The notes under the pieces are model-generated. The model was given only the letters and a program-made list of their open reading frames with translations. It did no database searches and was not told where the DNA came from. From positions 19-64,018 of the forward strand of contig JBBIMX010000004.1 of assembly GCA_037444165.1 (NCBI GenBank): a DNA stretch of 64,000 nt, in the 5' to 3' direction. A program made the position numbers and the translations under genes. This document shows, in pieces, positions 46,878 to 56,141 of this stretch. The stretch's first letter is position 1, and each line of letters starts with the position of its first letter. Origin of the DNA: Deltaproteobacteria bacterium. Lineage in GTDB: Bacteria; Desulfobacterota; BSN033; UBA1163.

Positions 46878-48095
46878 ATGAAGAGAGTGGTGGTGACAGG
46901 ATTGGGTGTTTTTTGTTCGATAGGGAAAAATGTGGAGGAGTTTTTCCGATCCTTAAGAGAGGGCCACTCAGGAATCGGCCCGATCACCCTCTTTGATCCC
47001 TCGAAATATCCTTCGAAGATTGGAGCCGAAGTGAGGGATTATTTCCCGGAAAGATATTTTGAAAAGAAGGAACTTAAGAGGCTTTCGAGGACGGACCAGA
47101 TGGCCCTTATTGCGGCTGAAGAAGCAGTCCGATCCTCTAAATTTGAAACCTATAAGCCCGAAGAAGTAGGGGTCTGCATGGGTGCGGGTGCTGGCGGAAT
47201 GTTTGAAGCAGAAGGCTATCACCGGCAAGTGCTTCTCAAGGGAAAATCCCGCCCTTCTTTGATTCTTCCTTTTATCCCAAGCTATACTACAAACCGAATC
47301 ACAGAACGATTTGGACTTTCAGGGCCCAAAATGACCATTACTACTGCCTGCAGTTCATCGGCCACGGCCATCGGTTATGGGGCTGATCTGATTCGAAGGG
47401 GAAAATGCAAAGCCGTCTTATGTGGAGGAAGTGAGGCGTTGTGTGAACTCACTTTTGGGGGATTTAACTCCCTTAAAGCCATGGATCCCTCTCCCTGCAA
47501 ACCTTTCGATCGAAGGAGGGCTGGAATGTCATTGGGAGAAGGAGCAGCCATCTTGATCTTAGAAGATGAGGAGGAAGCAATAAAAAGGGGAGCGAGGATT
47601 TATGCGGAATGTTTAGGCTATGGAATCGGGGGAGAGGCTTACCATATTACAGCACCAGAACCCAATGGATTCATTGAGGCTCAAATCATGAGGCAAGCCC
47701 TTAAAGAGGGAAGAGTATCTCCAGAGCAGGTCGATTATATCAACGCCCATGGAACAGCGACACCTCTGAATGATAAAGTGGAAAGCCTGGCTATTAAAAG
47801 AGTGTTTGGTGAAAGGGCTTACCAGATTCCTGTAAGTTCGATCAAGTCAATGGTGGGTCATTGTCTGGGAGCGGCAGGGGCGATCGAGGCGGTCGCATCG
47901 ATTCTTTCCATCTTTTATCAATTTATCCCACCCACCCTAAACTTCGAGCAGGGAGATGAGGACTGCGATCTTGATTATGTTCCCAAGATGGCCCGAGAGA
48001 AAGAGGTCCAAGTGGTGCTTTCCAACTCCTTCGCCTTCGGCGGAAACTGTACCTCCCTTGCCTTCGGCAAGATAGATGGATCCTTTATTAGTTAA
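46878..48095 (+). CDS. Beta-ketoacyl-ACP synthase (KAS I/II, FabF-like)
   Basis: The Cys-His-His triad is present (TTACSSS, HGTATPLND, GHCLGAAG). Length is 405 aa. Confidence 0.85.
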   Translation: MKRVVVTGLGVFCSIGKNVEEFFRSLREGHSGIGPITLFDPSKYPSKIGAEVRDYFPERYFEKKELKRLSRTDQMALIAAEEAVRSSKFETYKPEEVGVCMGAGAGGMFEAEGYHRQVLLKGKSRPSLILPFIPSYTTNRITERFGLSGPKMTITTACSSSATAIGYGADLIRRGKCKAVLCGGSEALCELTFGGFNSLKAMDPSPCKPFDRRRAGMSLGEGAAILILEDEEEAIKRGARIYAECLGYGIGGEAYHITAPEPNGFIEAQIMRQALKEGRVSPEQVDYINAHGTATPLNDKVESLAIKRVFGERAYQIPVSSIKSMVGHCLGAAGAIEAVASILSIFYQFIPPTLNFEQGDEDCDLDYVPKMAREKEVQVVLSNSFAFGGNCTSLAFGKIDGSFIS

Positions 48096-48107
48096 AAAAA
48101 TTCTTTT

Positions 48108-48136
48108 TTGACAATCAAGACCAATTTTTATATATA
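48108..48136 (+). promoter_or_regulatory. Sigma70-type promoter: TTGACA, a 17 nt spacer, and TATATA
   Basis: Consensus hexamers lie upstream of tctC. A strong AGGAGGAGG RBS precedes the ATG at 48173. Confidence 0.5.
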
Positions 48137-48172
48137 AAAAAGAGAAATATATTATAGGAGGAGGTAAAAATC

Positions 48173-49138
48173 ATGAAAAAATTTTTCTGGCTACTCTTTG
48201 TTGTGTTCACATTGATAGGAGCAATCTGGAGCAAGGCTGAGGCGACCTATCCCGAGAGGGCGATTGAAATCATTGTCCCATTTGGGGTGGGTGGAGGAAG
48301 TGATACAGCAGCGAGGGCTGTAGCGGAAGGACTGAAACCGTTGCTTCCCGTTCCTCTGGTGATTACCAATATGCCAGGGGGTGGAGCAACAAAGGGGATG
48401 CTCCATGTCGCCCAGCAACCCGCAGATGGTTATACCATTCTCGCGGTCACCACTTCCCACCTCATCGATGCCGTAAAGCCCAAAACCCGAGCCCATATCC
48501 TAAGAGATTTTGATCCCATTATGAGAATCCAGTGGGACACCACCACCGTTTTTGTTTCTGGAGAGTCCAAATTTAAAACCCTTTCTGATCTGATTGAATA
48601 CGGGAAGAAACATCCAAGGATGCTCAAATTTGCAGGGACCTCTCCTGGAGGGTGGTCTGAGATCCAGACCGTGGCCTTCTTTAAAAAAGTAGGTATAGAA
48701 GTCACCTTCGTTCCATTTGAGTCAGGAGCAGAAATCAAGGCCGCTATCCTTGGAGGTCACATCCACGGAGCCATGGAGGAACTTGCCGAAACCTTGCCTC
48801 TCGTTAAGGCAGGAAAGTTGAGGGCTTTGGCCGTATTGATGGAAAAGAGGCATCCAGCTCTTCCCGATGTACCATGTACTCCAGAATTAGGAATCGATTA
48901 TACCCATGGATTGATGAGGGCCTGGGCTGTCCGAAAAGGGACTCCCCCGGATCGGATTAAATATCTTCACGATGTGATAAAAAAAGCGCTTGAAACCCCA
49001 GTGTATAAGAAGTTTGAACAGGATAACCATCTCTATGCCCGACCCGGTTACCTTGGGCCTGAAGAGACAAGAAAGTACTGGGAAGACCAGGTGAAATTTT
49101 TTACCGAAGTATTGAGGGATCTGGGTTATATAAAGTAA
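48173..49138 (+). CDS. tctC: Tripartite tricarboxylate transporter substrate-binding protein (TctC/Bug family)
   Basis: A signal peptide and a Bug/TctC periplasmic binding fold are present, followed by tctB and tctA. Confidence 0.8.
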   Translation: MKKFFWLLFVVFTLIGAIWSKAEATYPERAIEIIVPFGVGGGSDTAARAVAEGLKPLLPVPLVITNMPGGGATKGMLHVAQQPADGYTILAVTTSHLIDAVKPKTRAHILRDFDPIMRIQWDTTTVFVSGESKFKTLSDLIEYGKKHPRMLKFAGTSPGGWSEIQTVAFFKKVGIEVTFVPFESGAEIKAAILGGHIHGAMEELAETLPLVKAGKLRALAVLMEKRHPALPDVPCTPELGIDYTHGLMRAWAVRKGTPPDRIKYLHDVIKKALETPVYKKFEQDNHLYARPGYLGPEETRKYWEDQVKFFTEVLRDLGYIK

Positions 49139-49159
49139 CCCATAGTCTCACGGAGAGAC

Positions 49160-49657
49160 ATGAAAAAAACTCATTTAATTGCAAATGGAGCCGTATTTGT
49201 TTTTTTTCTTTTCATGCTGATCCATGCTTTTGGTTTGCATGAGATTAGGCGTTTTGGTGAAGTAGGAAGTGGATTCTGGCCTTTACTCGTCCTCTCCTCT
49301 GCGACCATTCTGAGCTTCATTTTATGGATTAGAGAATGGAGATCAAAAGTGAGAGAGAAGGAAGAACAGCCAGAGGGAAATGAAGGAGATTCTGGTGGGA
49401 ACAGAATCAAGGTTTTTGGGAGCATCCTTTGTCTCCTTTTCTATGTCATAGGAATGCCCTTTATTGGATTTATTCTTTCTACCTTTATTTTTATTTTACT
49501 CTTTATTTTTGTTCTTGGAGAGAGGAGAAAGTGGATTTTAGCGCTTTCTCCTCCTTTGGTGACAGGATTGATCGTTTTGGTTTTTGGAAAATTGATTTCA
49601 ATGCCTCTTCCCAAAGGAGTGGGTATTTTTGCTGACTTCAGTCGTCTTTTTTACTGA
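49160..49657 (+). CDS. tctB: Tripartite tricarboxylate transporter small permease TctB
   Basis: Small 4-TM protein located between tctC and tctA. Confidence 0.7.
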   Translation: MKKTHLIANGAVFVFFLFMLIHAFGLHEIRRFGEVGSGFWPLLVLSSATILSFILWIREWRSKVREKEEQPEGNEGDSGGNRIKVFGSILCLLFYVIGMPFIGFILSTFIFILLFIFVLGERRKWILALSPPLVTGLIVLVFGKLISMPLPKGVGIFADFSRLFY

Positions 49658-49666
49658 GCCATTTTC

Positions 49667-51157
49667 ATGATTGAACACTATCTCACTGCCTTTTCGACTA
49701 TTTTTCTCCCACAAAACCTTTTGGCCATCTGTTTAGGTGGATTATGGGGCCTGATGGCAGGAGCCCTTCCAGGAATCAGCACTTCAATGGGAGTCGTCCT
49801 TCTTCTCCCTTTCACTTATGCCATGTCTCCCATTACCGCTTTTACGATCCTGGTAAGTGCCTATTGTGGAGGAATCACTGGAGGATCGATCACCTCTATC
49901 CTCTTCGGAATTCCAGGGGAACCTTCTTCTGTTCCCACCGTCATTGAAGGCCATTCATTGGCTAAACAAGGGAGAGCCGCTTATGCCCTCTGGGTATTTC
50001 TCTTATGCTCCATTGGAGGAGGCCTCTTTAGTGTGTTTGTGATGATGGGAGCCACTCCCCTGATTGCCAACTTTGCCCTTCGATTTGGCCCTCCTGAATA
50101 CTTCGCTCTCACCATTCTCGGTCTAAGCGTTGTTTCCGGACTTTCTGGAGGTTCCATTTTAAAAGGTGTGATTTCGGCTCTTTTTGGATTATTTTTAGCC
50201 ATGGTTGGAACGGATGGAATTACAGGAGTGGAGAGATTTACCTTTGGAACAAGTATTCTTCTCGGGGGAGTAAGTTTTGTTACAGCCATGGTTGGACTTC
50301 TTGCCGTTTCAGAGATATTGATCGAGGCCGAAGAACCCTTCAAGGAGTATAAAGAGGCATCCGGTTATAAAGGGATGAGAAAAGAATTCCCGAAACTTTC
50401 GGATTTCAGAAAGAACCTCACCAATCTCATCCGTTCTCCCATCATTGGAACCATTGTAGGCGCTTTGCCCGGGGCAGGGGCCACCATTGCGGCCTTTCTT
50501 GCCTACGGGGAGGCTGCAAGAACCTCAAAAAATCCAGAGAAGTTTGGGAAAGGAGCAGTGGATGGTTTGATGGCCGCGGAATGTGCCAACAATGCTTCCA
50601 CAGGAGGATCCATGACGATTCTCCTCTCCTTAGGAATCCCTGGAAGCAATACCACAGCGATGTTGATTGCCGCTTTTATGATCCACGGACTTCAACCTGG
50701 CCCTCTCCTTCTGAGTCAGAAGCCAGATATCATTTATGGGATCTTTGTGGCGATGCTCATGGCCAATCTCTTTCTCCTTGGATTGACGATTATTGGAATT
50801 CGGGTCTTTCTTCAGTTGACCAGGCTTCCCTATTCTGTCTTTTCAGCAGCCATCCTCATTCTTTGTGTCATCGGGGCCTTCGGTTTGAACAATAATGTGG
50901 ATGATCTTTATGTGATGTTTACCTTTGGTCTCATCGGTTATTTTATGAGAAAACAGGGCTTCCCCATTGCACCGGCTGTGCTGGGTCTTGTTCTTGGAGA
51001 CCTTGCGGAACTCTCCTTAAGAAGATCCCTTCTCCTCTCCCTGGGTAACCCATTGATCCTTATTTCTCGCCCGATCAGTCTCCTCCTGCTTTGTGGGGCT
51101 GGATTCTCCATCATATATCCTCTCATTAAAAAACCAAAAGCATTGAAAGGGGTTTGA
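49667..51157 (+). CDS. tctA: Tripartite tricarboxylate transporter large permease TctA
   Basis: Polytopic protein of about 500 aa in the TctA family. Confidence 0.85.
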   Translation: MIEHYLTAFSTIFLPQNLLAICLGGLWGLMAGALPGISTSMGVVLLLPFTYAMSPITAFTILVSAYCGGITGGSITSILFGIPGEPSSVPTVIEGHSLAKQGRAAYALWVFLLCSIGGGLFSVFVMMGATPLIANFALRFGPPEYFALTILGLSVVSGLSGGSILKGVISALFGLFLAMVGTDGITGVERFTFGTSILLGGVSFVTAMVGLLAVSEILIEAEEPFKEYKEASGYKGMRKEFPKLSDFRKNLTNLIRSPIIGTIVGALPGAGATIAAFLAYGEAARTSKNPEKFGKGAVDGLMAAECANNASTGGSMTILLSLGIPGSNTTAMLIAAFMIHGLQPGPLLLSQKPDIIYGIFVAMLMANLFLLGLTIIGIRVFLQLTRLPYSVFSAAILILCVIGAFGLNNNVDDLYVMFTFGLIGYFMRKQGFPIAPAVLGLVLGDLAELSLRRSLLLSLGNPLILISRPISLLLLCGAGFSIIYPLIKKPKALKGV

Positions 51158-51161
51158 TCCG

Positions 51162-52523
51162 ATGGAGTCTCCCACACGAGCCTTGGCACGATTCTCCTCC
51201 AATCTTCGATTTGAAGATTTGGACTTAAATCTTATCGAAAGCTTTAAAAAATATCTTCTTGACGGGATCGGTTGCGGGATCTTTGGAAAAAAGCAACCCT
51301 GGGTCCGAATCGTAAATCAGATGATTAAAGAAGGGAGAGGACGAAGAGAATCGACCCTCTGGCTGGAACGATTTAAAGGCCCGGCTCCTCACATCGCCCT
51401 TGGATTAGGAGTCATGATTCATAGCTTCGATTTCGATGATTATCATAATGCTAAAATTCACCCTGGAGCCGTGGTCATTCCGGCAGTGATCTCCATGGGG
51501 GAAAGATTAAATGCCCCGGGAAGAAAGATCATCCAGGCGATGGCGGCAGGCTATGAGACTATGGTCAGGGTGGCTCTTGCTACAGGACCCAATTCTTCCC
51601 GATTAAGAGGATGGCACCTGACAGGAACCACCGGGACATTTGGTTCTGCTTCAGCTTCAGGCAATCTTCTTGGACTGGATGAGGAAAAGATGACCAGTGC
51701 TCTGGGGTTGGCAGGTACTCAATCCGCAGGCCTTTGGGCTTTTAATGTGGATGGGGCCATGAGCAAACGATTTCATCCTGGAAGATCGAGCCAGAGCGGT
51801 ATCATGGCAAGTCTTCTTGCTTCAAAAGGATTTAAGGGACCTTCTCAGATTCTTGAGGCCGAGGATGGAGGATTCTTTAAAGCCACCTCTGACGAGGCCA
51901 ATCCCTCATTCGTCTTTGAAGGTTTAGGAGAGAAGTTTTTTAGCCTTGAAACCAATATCAAACCTTATGCTTGTTGTGCAAGCATTCACTCCTCCATTGA
52001 TGGAATTCTTAACCTTAAGAAGACCTATGGCTTTACCCCTTCAGAAGTGGAGAAGATCAGAGTGGGCACAGCTCATGGAGTGATCCTTCAGTGTGGTTTT
52101 CCATACCAACCTAAAAGTGTCCTTCAGGCCCAGATGAGCCTCCAATACTGTATCGCTGTCTCCTTGCTCGAGGGAAAGGCCCTGATCGAACAATTTTCCG
52201 AAAAGAAGATCTCTGACCCAGAAATCTTACACCTTGCTGAGCGTATCGAAGTTCACTTAGATCCCGAGATCGATAGGCTTTATCCAGAAAGATTTGCAAA
52301 CAAGGTGGAAGTCACTTTGAACAATGGGAAAAGATTGGAGATAAAAGTCGACTCACCATTAGGTTCTTTTGAAAAACCAATGACCATTGAAGAGGTAGCC
52401 CAGAAATTCAGAAGTTTAACCCAAGGTATAATCCACGAGGAAAAATCTCAGGCAATCATTGAGAAAATCAAAAAAATAGAGGAGATCAAAGAAATTCAAG
52501 AACTCACCAAACTTTTAACATAA
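51162..52523 (+). CDS. MmgE/PrpD family protein (2-methylcitrate dehydratase / cis-aconitate decarboxylase-like)
   Basis: Similarity to the PrpD fold runs the full length (for example GCGIFG...HSFDFDDYH). Length is 453 aa. Confidence 0.75.
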   Translation: MESPTRALARFSSNLRFEDLDLNLIESFKKYLLDGIGCGIFGKKQPWVRIVNQMIKEGRGRRESTLWLERFKGPAPHIALGLGVMIHSFDFDDYHNAKIHPGAVVIPAVISMGERLNAPGRKIIQAMAAGYETMVRVALATGPNSSRLRGWHLTGTTGTFGSASASGNLLGLDEEKMTSALGLAGTQSAGLWAFNVDGAMSKRFHPGRSSQSGIMASLLASKGFKGPSQILEAEDGGFFKATSDEANPSFVFEGLGEKFFSLETNIKPYACCASIHSSIDGILNLKKTYGFTPSEVEKIRVGTAHGVILQCGFPYQPKSVLQAQMSLQYCIAVSLLEGKALIEQFSEKKISDPEILHLAERIEVHLDPEIDRLYPERFANKVEVTLNNGKRLEIKVDSPLGSFEKPMTIEEVAQKFRSLTQGIIHEEKSQAIIEKIKKIEEIKEIQELTKLLT

Positions 52524-52537
52524 AAAGGGAGTCCGCG

Positions 52538-53683
52538 ATGAGAAGGAAAACGGTGTTTCCGTGTACGATTATGAGAGGGGGGACAAGCAAAGGGGTTTTC
52601 CTTATGGAGCAGGACCTTCCTAAAGATCCTAAATTAAGGGATCGAATTATTTTAGCCATTTTTGGAAGTCCGGATATTCGCCAGATCGATGGTCTGGGGG
52701 GAGCAGATTCTTTGACCAGTAAACTGGCTATCATTTCTAAGGCGGATGATCCAAAGATTGATGTCTACTATACCTTCGGAGCCGTGGGCATTGATAAACC
52801 CTTTGTGGACTACTCCGCCAATTGCGGAAATATCAGCTCTGCTGTGGGCCCTTTTGCCATTGACAAAGGTCTGGTTCATGGAGAAGAGCCTTTTACCCTG
52901 GTTAAAATCTTTAATACCAATACACGAAAGATGATTCATGCAAGGGTCCCCGTAAAGAAGGGAAAAGTCGTAACGGATGGGGATTATGCCATTGATGGAG
53001 TTCCTGGGACAGGAGCAAGAATTGATCTCAGTTTTTTTGATCCCGCAGGAGTCACGACAGGGCGCCTTCTTCCCACAGGAAAGGTCGTGGATCAGGTGAC
53101 CCTTGAAACGGGTAAGACGATTTCCCTTACCATTGTGGATGCAGGAAATCCTACGGCTTTCATTCCTGCAGAAGATCTGGGGCTTCGGGGTACGGAACTT
53201 CCGCCGGAGTTCGATCAAAACTTAGAGATGAGAGAAAGACTCGAATCGATTAGGAAGAAGGTGGCTGAACGGATGGGAATCCCTCTCCATCCTTCCATTC
53301 CCAAAGTTGCTTTTGTGGCCCCTTGCCAGAGTTATGAAACGATTAATCGGACTGAAGTGAAGGCGGATGAGATCGATTTTGTGGCACGGGCGATGGCGAT
53401 GGGAAAGATGCACAAGGTATTTCCTATTACGGGTGGAATTCCGGCAGCCATTGCCGCCGTGATTCCAGGATCGACCGTTAATAAAATAGTAGGCAAAAAA
53501 GAAGAAGGCCTCCTAAAGAGAAGATTCCATATTGGCCATCCTTCAGGAATTCTTGATGTGGAGGTGGAGGCCAAGATAAGGGGAAAGGAGATTCAGATCA
53601 TTCAATGTACCATCGGAAGGACAGCCCGCAAGATTATGGAGGGACGAGTGTACATCTCAGAAAGGGTATATCACTCAGGTTAA
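52538..53683 (+). CDS. PrpF/AcnD-accessory family isomerase (3-methylitaconate isomerase / 2-methylaconitate isomerase-like)
   Basis: The N-terminus (RGGTSKGVFL) and the sequence ANCGNISSAVGPFAID, with the catalytic Cys region of the PrpF/DUF453 family, are present. Confidence 0.75.
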   Translation: MRRKTVFPCTIMRGGTSKGVFLMEQDLPKDPKLRDRIILAIFGSPDIRQIDGLGGADSLTSKLAIISKADDPKIDVYYTFGAVGIDKPFVDYSANCGNISSAVGPFAIDKGLVHGEEPFTLVKIFNTNTRKMIHARVPVKKGKVVTDGDYAIDGVPGTGARIDLSFFDPAGVTTGRLLPTGKVVDQVTLETGKTISLTIVDAGNPTAFIPAEDLGLRGTELPPEFDQNLEMRERLESIRKKVAERMGIPLHPSIPKVAFVAPCQSYETINRTEVKADEIDFVARAMAMGKMHKVFPITGGIPAAIAAVIPGSTVNKIVGKKEEGLLKRRFHIGHPSGILDVEVEAKIRGKEIQIIQCTIGRTARKIMEGRVYISERVYHSG

Positions 53684-53747
53684 GCCCTCCTTGACTCTCC
53701 CCATCTATCTCTTTTATGAAAAAAGAAGATCAGGAGTTTAACGAACG

Positions 53748-55376
53748 ATGTCAGCTTATCCAGAGAGTATGCAGGCTTCCATTCGGAAGGTGGAGGAGAC
53801 CAGGCTCTCTCGAGCGAAAGAAGAGTTTCCTAAACTTTCATTAAAAGAACGTCAAGAACTCCTCCAGCAATTTCATCCTGATTATCGGGAGGGTGGAAGA
53901 CGGGAGTTAAAGGTTGGAGTCAACAGGGGACAAAGGGTACCCAATGAACTCGCCGATCTCTTCGAAGGGTTAAGCCTCATTCGCCCCCACGAGATAGATC
54001 TTCATCGAATCCAAAGGGAGGTCGATGTGTTGGTCATAGGGGGAGGAGGGGGAGGGGCCTGTGCGGCCATCTTTGCTTCGGAGCGGGGTGCCCGAACACT
54101 TCTGACCACCAAGCTTCGATTTGGGGATTCCAATACCCTTATGGCCGAAGGCGGGATTCAGGCAGCCGTAGGACCTTACGATTCTCCAGCCCTTCATTAT
54201 CTCGATACAATGGGTGGTGGCGGATTTGAAAACCTCCCCCACCTTGTTCAGGCACTGGTGGAAGACGCCCCATTGATTCTTGAATGGCTTGCCCGCCTTG
54301 GGGTGATGTTTGACCGAAAAGAGGATGGGGATCTTCTGGCCTCTTTTGCAGGAGGACAATGTCGAAGGAGAGTCCATTCCGCAGCCGATTATACAGGAAT
54401 GGAGATGATGAGGGTGATGAAGGATGAGATCTACAGCCGTGGGATAGAAGTGATTGAATTCTGTCCTGCTGTAGAATTACTTTTAGATGAAAAGGGAAGG
54501 TGCGGAGGGGCCATCTTCATCAATCTCGATACGAAAGAACGTTTCGTCATTCGTTCAAAGACAACCATTTTAGCCACAGGAGGAATTGGACGACTCCATA
54601 TTCAGGGATTTCCTACCACGAATCACTATGGGGCGACAGCCGATGGCCTGGTCATTGCCAATCGGGCAGGGGCAAAGATCATCTTCATGGATGCGATCCA
54701 GTTTCATCCCACAGGAACGGCCTACCCGGAGCAGTTGGTAGGACTTTTGGTCTCGGAGGCCTTCCGGGGGTGGAGTGCCCAACTGGTCAATTGCGAGGGA
54801 AAGCGATTTATCAATGAGTTGGAGACAAGGGATGTCACTTCCTCAGCTACCATCAGGGAGGTAGTGGAGCGGAAGAAAGGGGTCTCTACTCCCACCGGGA
54901 TGCAGGGGGTCTGGTTAGATACCCCTCTTGTAGAATTGAACAAGGGAAAAGGAACGATTCATCGAATCTTTCCTCATCTGTTTCACCGATTTCATACCTT
55001 CGGGATCGATATTACCAAGGAACCTATTCTTGTCTATCCCACCCAGCATTATCAGAACGGAGGGCTTCTTATCGATGAGAACGGAGAAACGACCGTTCCA
55101 AATCTCTTTGCTGCTGGAGAGGTTTCAGGAGGAGTTCATGGAAGGAATCGGTTGGGTGGAAACTCTCTTCTTGATATCTTTGTTTTTGGTCGCCGGGCAG
55201 GAATACTTGCAGCCGAGCGATCCAGGGAGATAAAGGTGGGGAAGCTTTCGTTAAACCATATCATCGAATATGAAAGAGAACTGGAGAGAGAAGGAATTAT
55301 AAAAAAAGAGATCAAATCTCCGATCCTTTTCCCGGATTATCGATATGAAAGAGCGCTTCCCCAAACCCACCAGTAA
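53748..55376 (+). CDS. Fumarate reductase/succinate dehydrogenase flavoprotein subunit-like (non-covalent FAD type) with an N-terminal extension of about 97 aa
   Basis: A GxGxxG motif (VLVIGGGGGGACAA) is present, and the FRD/SDH FAD and capping domains follow. At the covalent-FAD histidine position the sequence is SNTLMAEGG rather than RSHT. An internal AGGGAGG-N5-GTG lies at about 54040. Confidence 0.7.
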   Translation: MSAYPESMQASIRKVEETRLSRAKEEFPKLSLKERQELLQQFHPDYREGGRRELKVGVNRGQRVPNELADLFEGLSLIRPHEIDLHRIQREVDVLVIGGGGGGACAAIFASERGARTLLTTKLRFGDSNTLMAEGGIQAAVGPYDSPALHYLDTMGGGGFENLPHLVQALVEDAPLILEWLARLGVMFDRKEDGDLLASFAGGQCRRRVHSAADYTGMEMMRVMKDEIYSRGIEVIEFCPAVELLLDEKGRCGGAIFINLDTKERFVIRSKTTILATGGIGRLHIQGFPTTNHYGATADGLVIANRAGAKIIFMDAIQFHPTGTAYPEQLVGLLVSEAFRGWSAQLVNCEGKRFINELETRDVTSSATIREVVERKKGVSTPTGMQGVWLDTPLVELNKGKGTIHRIFPHLFHRFHTFGIDITKEPILVYPTQHYQNGGLLIDENGETTVPNLFAAGEVSGGVHGRNRLGGNSLLDIFVFGRRAGILAAERSREIKVGKLSLNHIIEYERELEREGIIKKEIKSPILFPDYRYERALPQTHQ

Positions 55377-55385
55377 GAAGAACCT

Positions 55386-56141
55386 ATGGAGAGAAAAGAG
55401 AGGAGATTGATTCCTATCCATATCTTTGGGAAACGGTACGAGGTTCCTGAGGGGCTAACTATTCAGAAAGCGATGGAATATTCGGGCTATCAATTCATTC
55501 GTTCCTGCGGATGTCGAGGAGGAATCTGCGGAGCATGTCTTACGGAATACCGAACTCCCAAGGATTATAAAATCAAAATGGTCCTGGCCTGTCAATCCTT
55601 AGTAGAACCGGAGATGCAGATTACCCAGTCCCCCTTTATCCCGATGAACCGGGCTCAATACGAACTTGAAAAACTCAGGGCTCAACCTGATATTTTAGGG
55701 AGGATTTATCCAGAGATCTTTCGTTGTCTTCAATGTAATACCTGCACCCGGGTCTGCCCCATGGAGATTCCCGTGATGGAATATATCGCCTGTGCGATAA
55801 GAGGGGAGATTGAGAGGGTGGCTCACCTCTCCTTTCCCTGTGTGATGTGTGGAGCCTGCGCCTCGAAGTGCCCTGCCGAGATCTCTCAACCCAATGTGGC
55901 CCTTTTAGCCAGGCGAATCTATGGAAGGCACATGCTTCCCCTCCCCCAGCGTCTTTATCAGAGAATGGAGGAGATCAAGCAAGGAAAGTATGAATGGGTT
56001 CTTGGAAGGTTGGCCGAGCTTCCTACCTCTAAATTAATAGACCTCTACACCCAGAGGGAACAGGAGCCTCAGGAGAGTAACCATTGGGTTCCGAAGGAGA
56101 TCGATTTCCCGGAGAATCGTTTGAGGGAGGAGAGAGAATAA
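55386..56141 (+). CDS. Fumarate reductase/succinate dehydrogenase iron-sulfur subunit
   Basis: The 2Fe-2S motif CGCRGGICGAC, the 4Fe-4S motif CLQCNTCTRVCP and the 3Fe-4S motif CVMCGACASKCP are present. Confidence 0.8.
   Translation: MERKERRLIPIHIFGKRYEVPEGLTIQKAMEYSGYQFIRSCGCRGGICGACLTEYRTPKDYKIKMVLACQSLVEPEMQITQSPFIPMNRAQYELEKLRAQPDILGRIYPEIFRCLQCNTCTRVCPMEIPVMEYIACAIRGEIERVAHLSFPCVMCGACASKCPAEISQPNVALLARRIYGRHMLPLPQRLYQRMEEIKQGKYEWVLGRLAELPTSKLIDLYTQREQEPQESNHWVPKEIDFPENRLREERE

Noticed and set aside
56084-56140. 57 nt N-terminal extension of the aconitase ORF overlapping sdhB
   Set aside because: The aconitase signature N-terminus ([14 protein letters not shown]) begins at the ATG at 56141, which overlaps the sdhB stop as TAATG. 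The upstream in-frame segment lies within sdhB.
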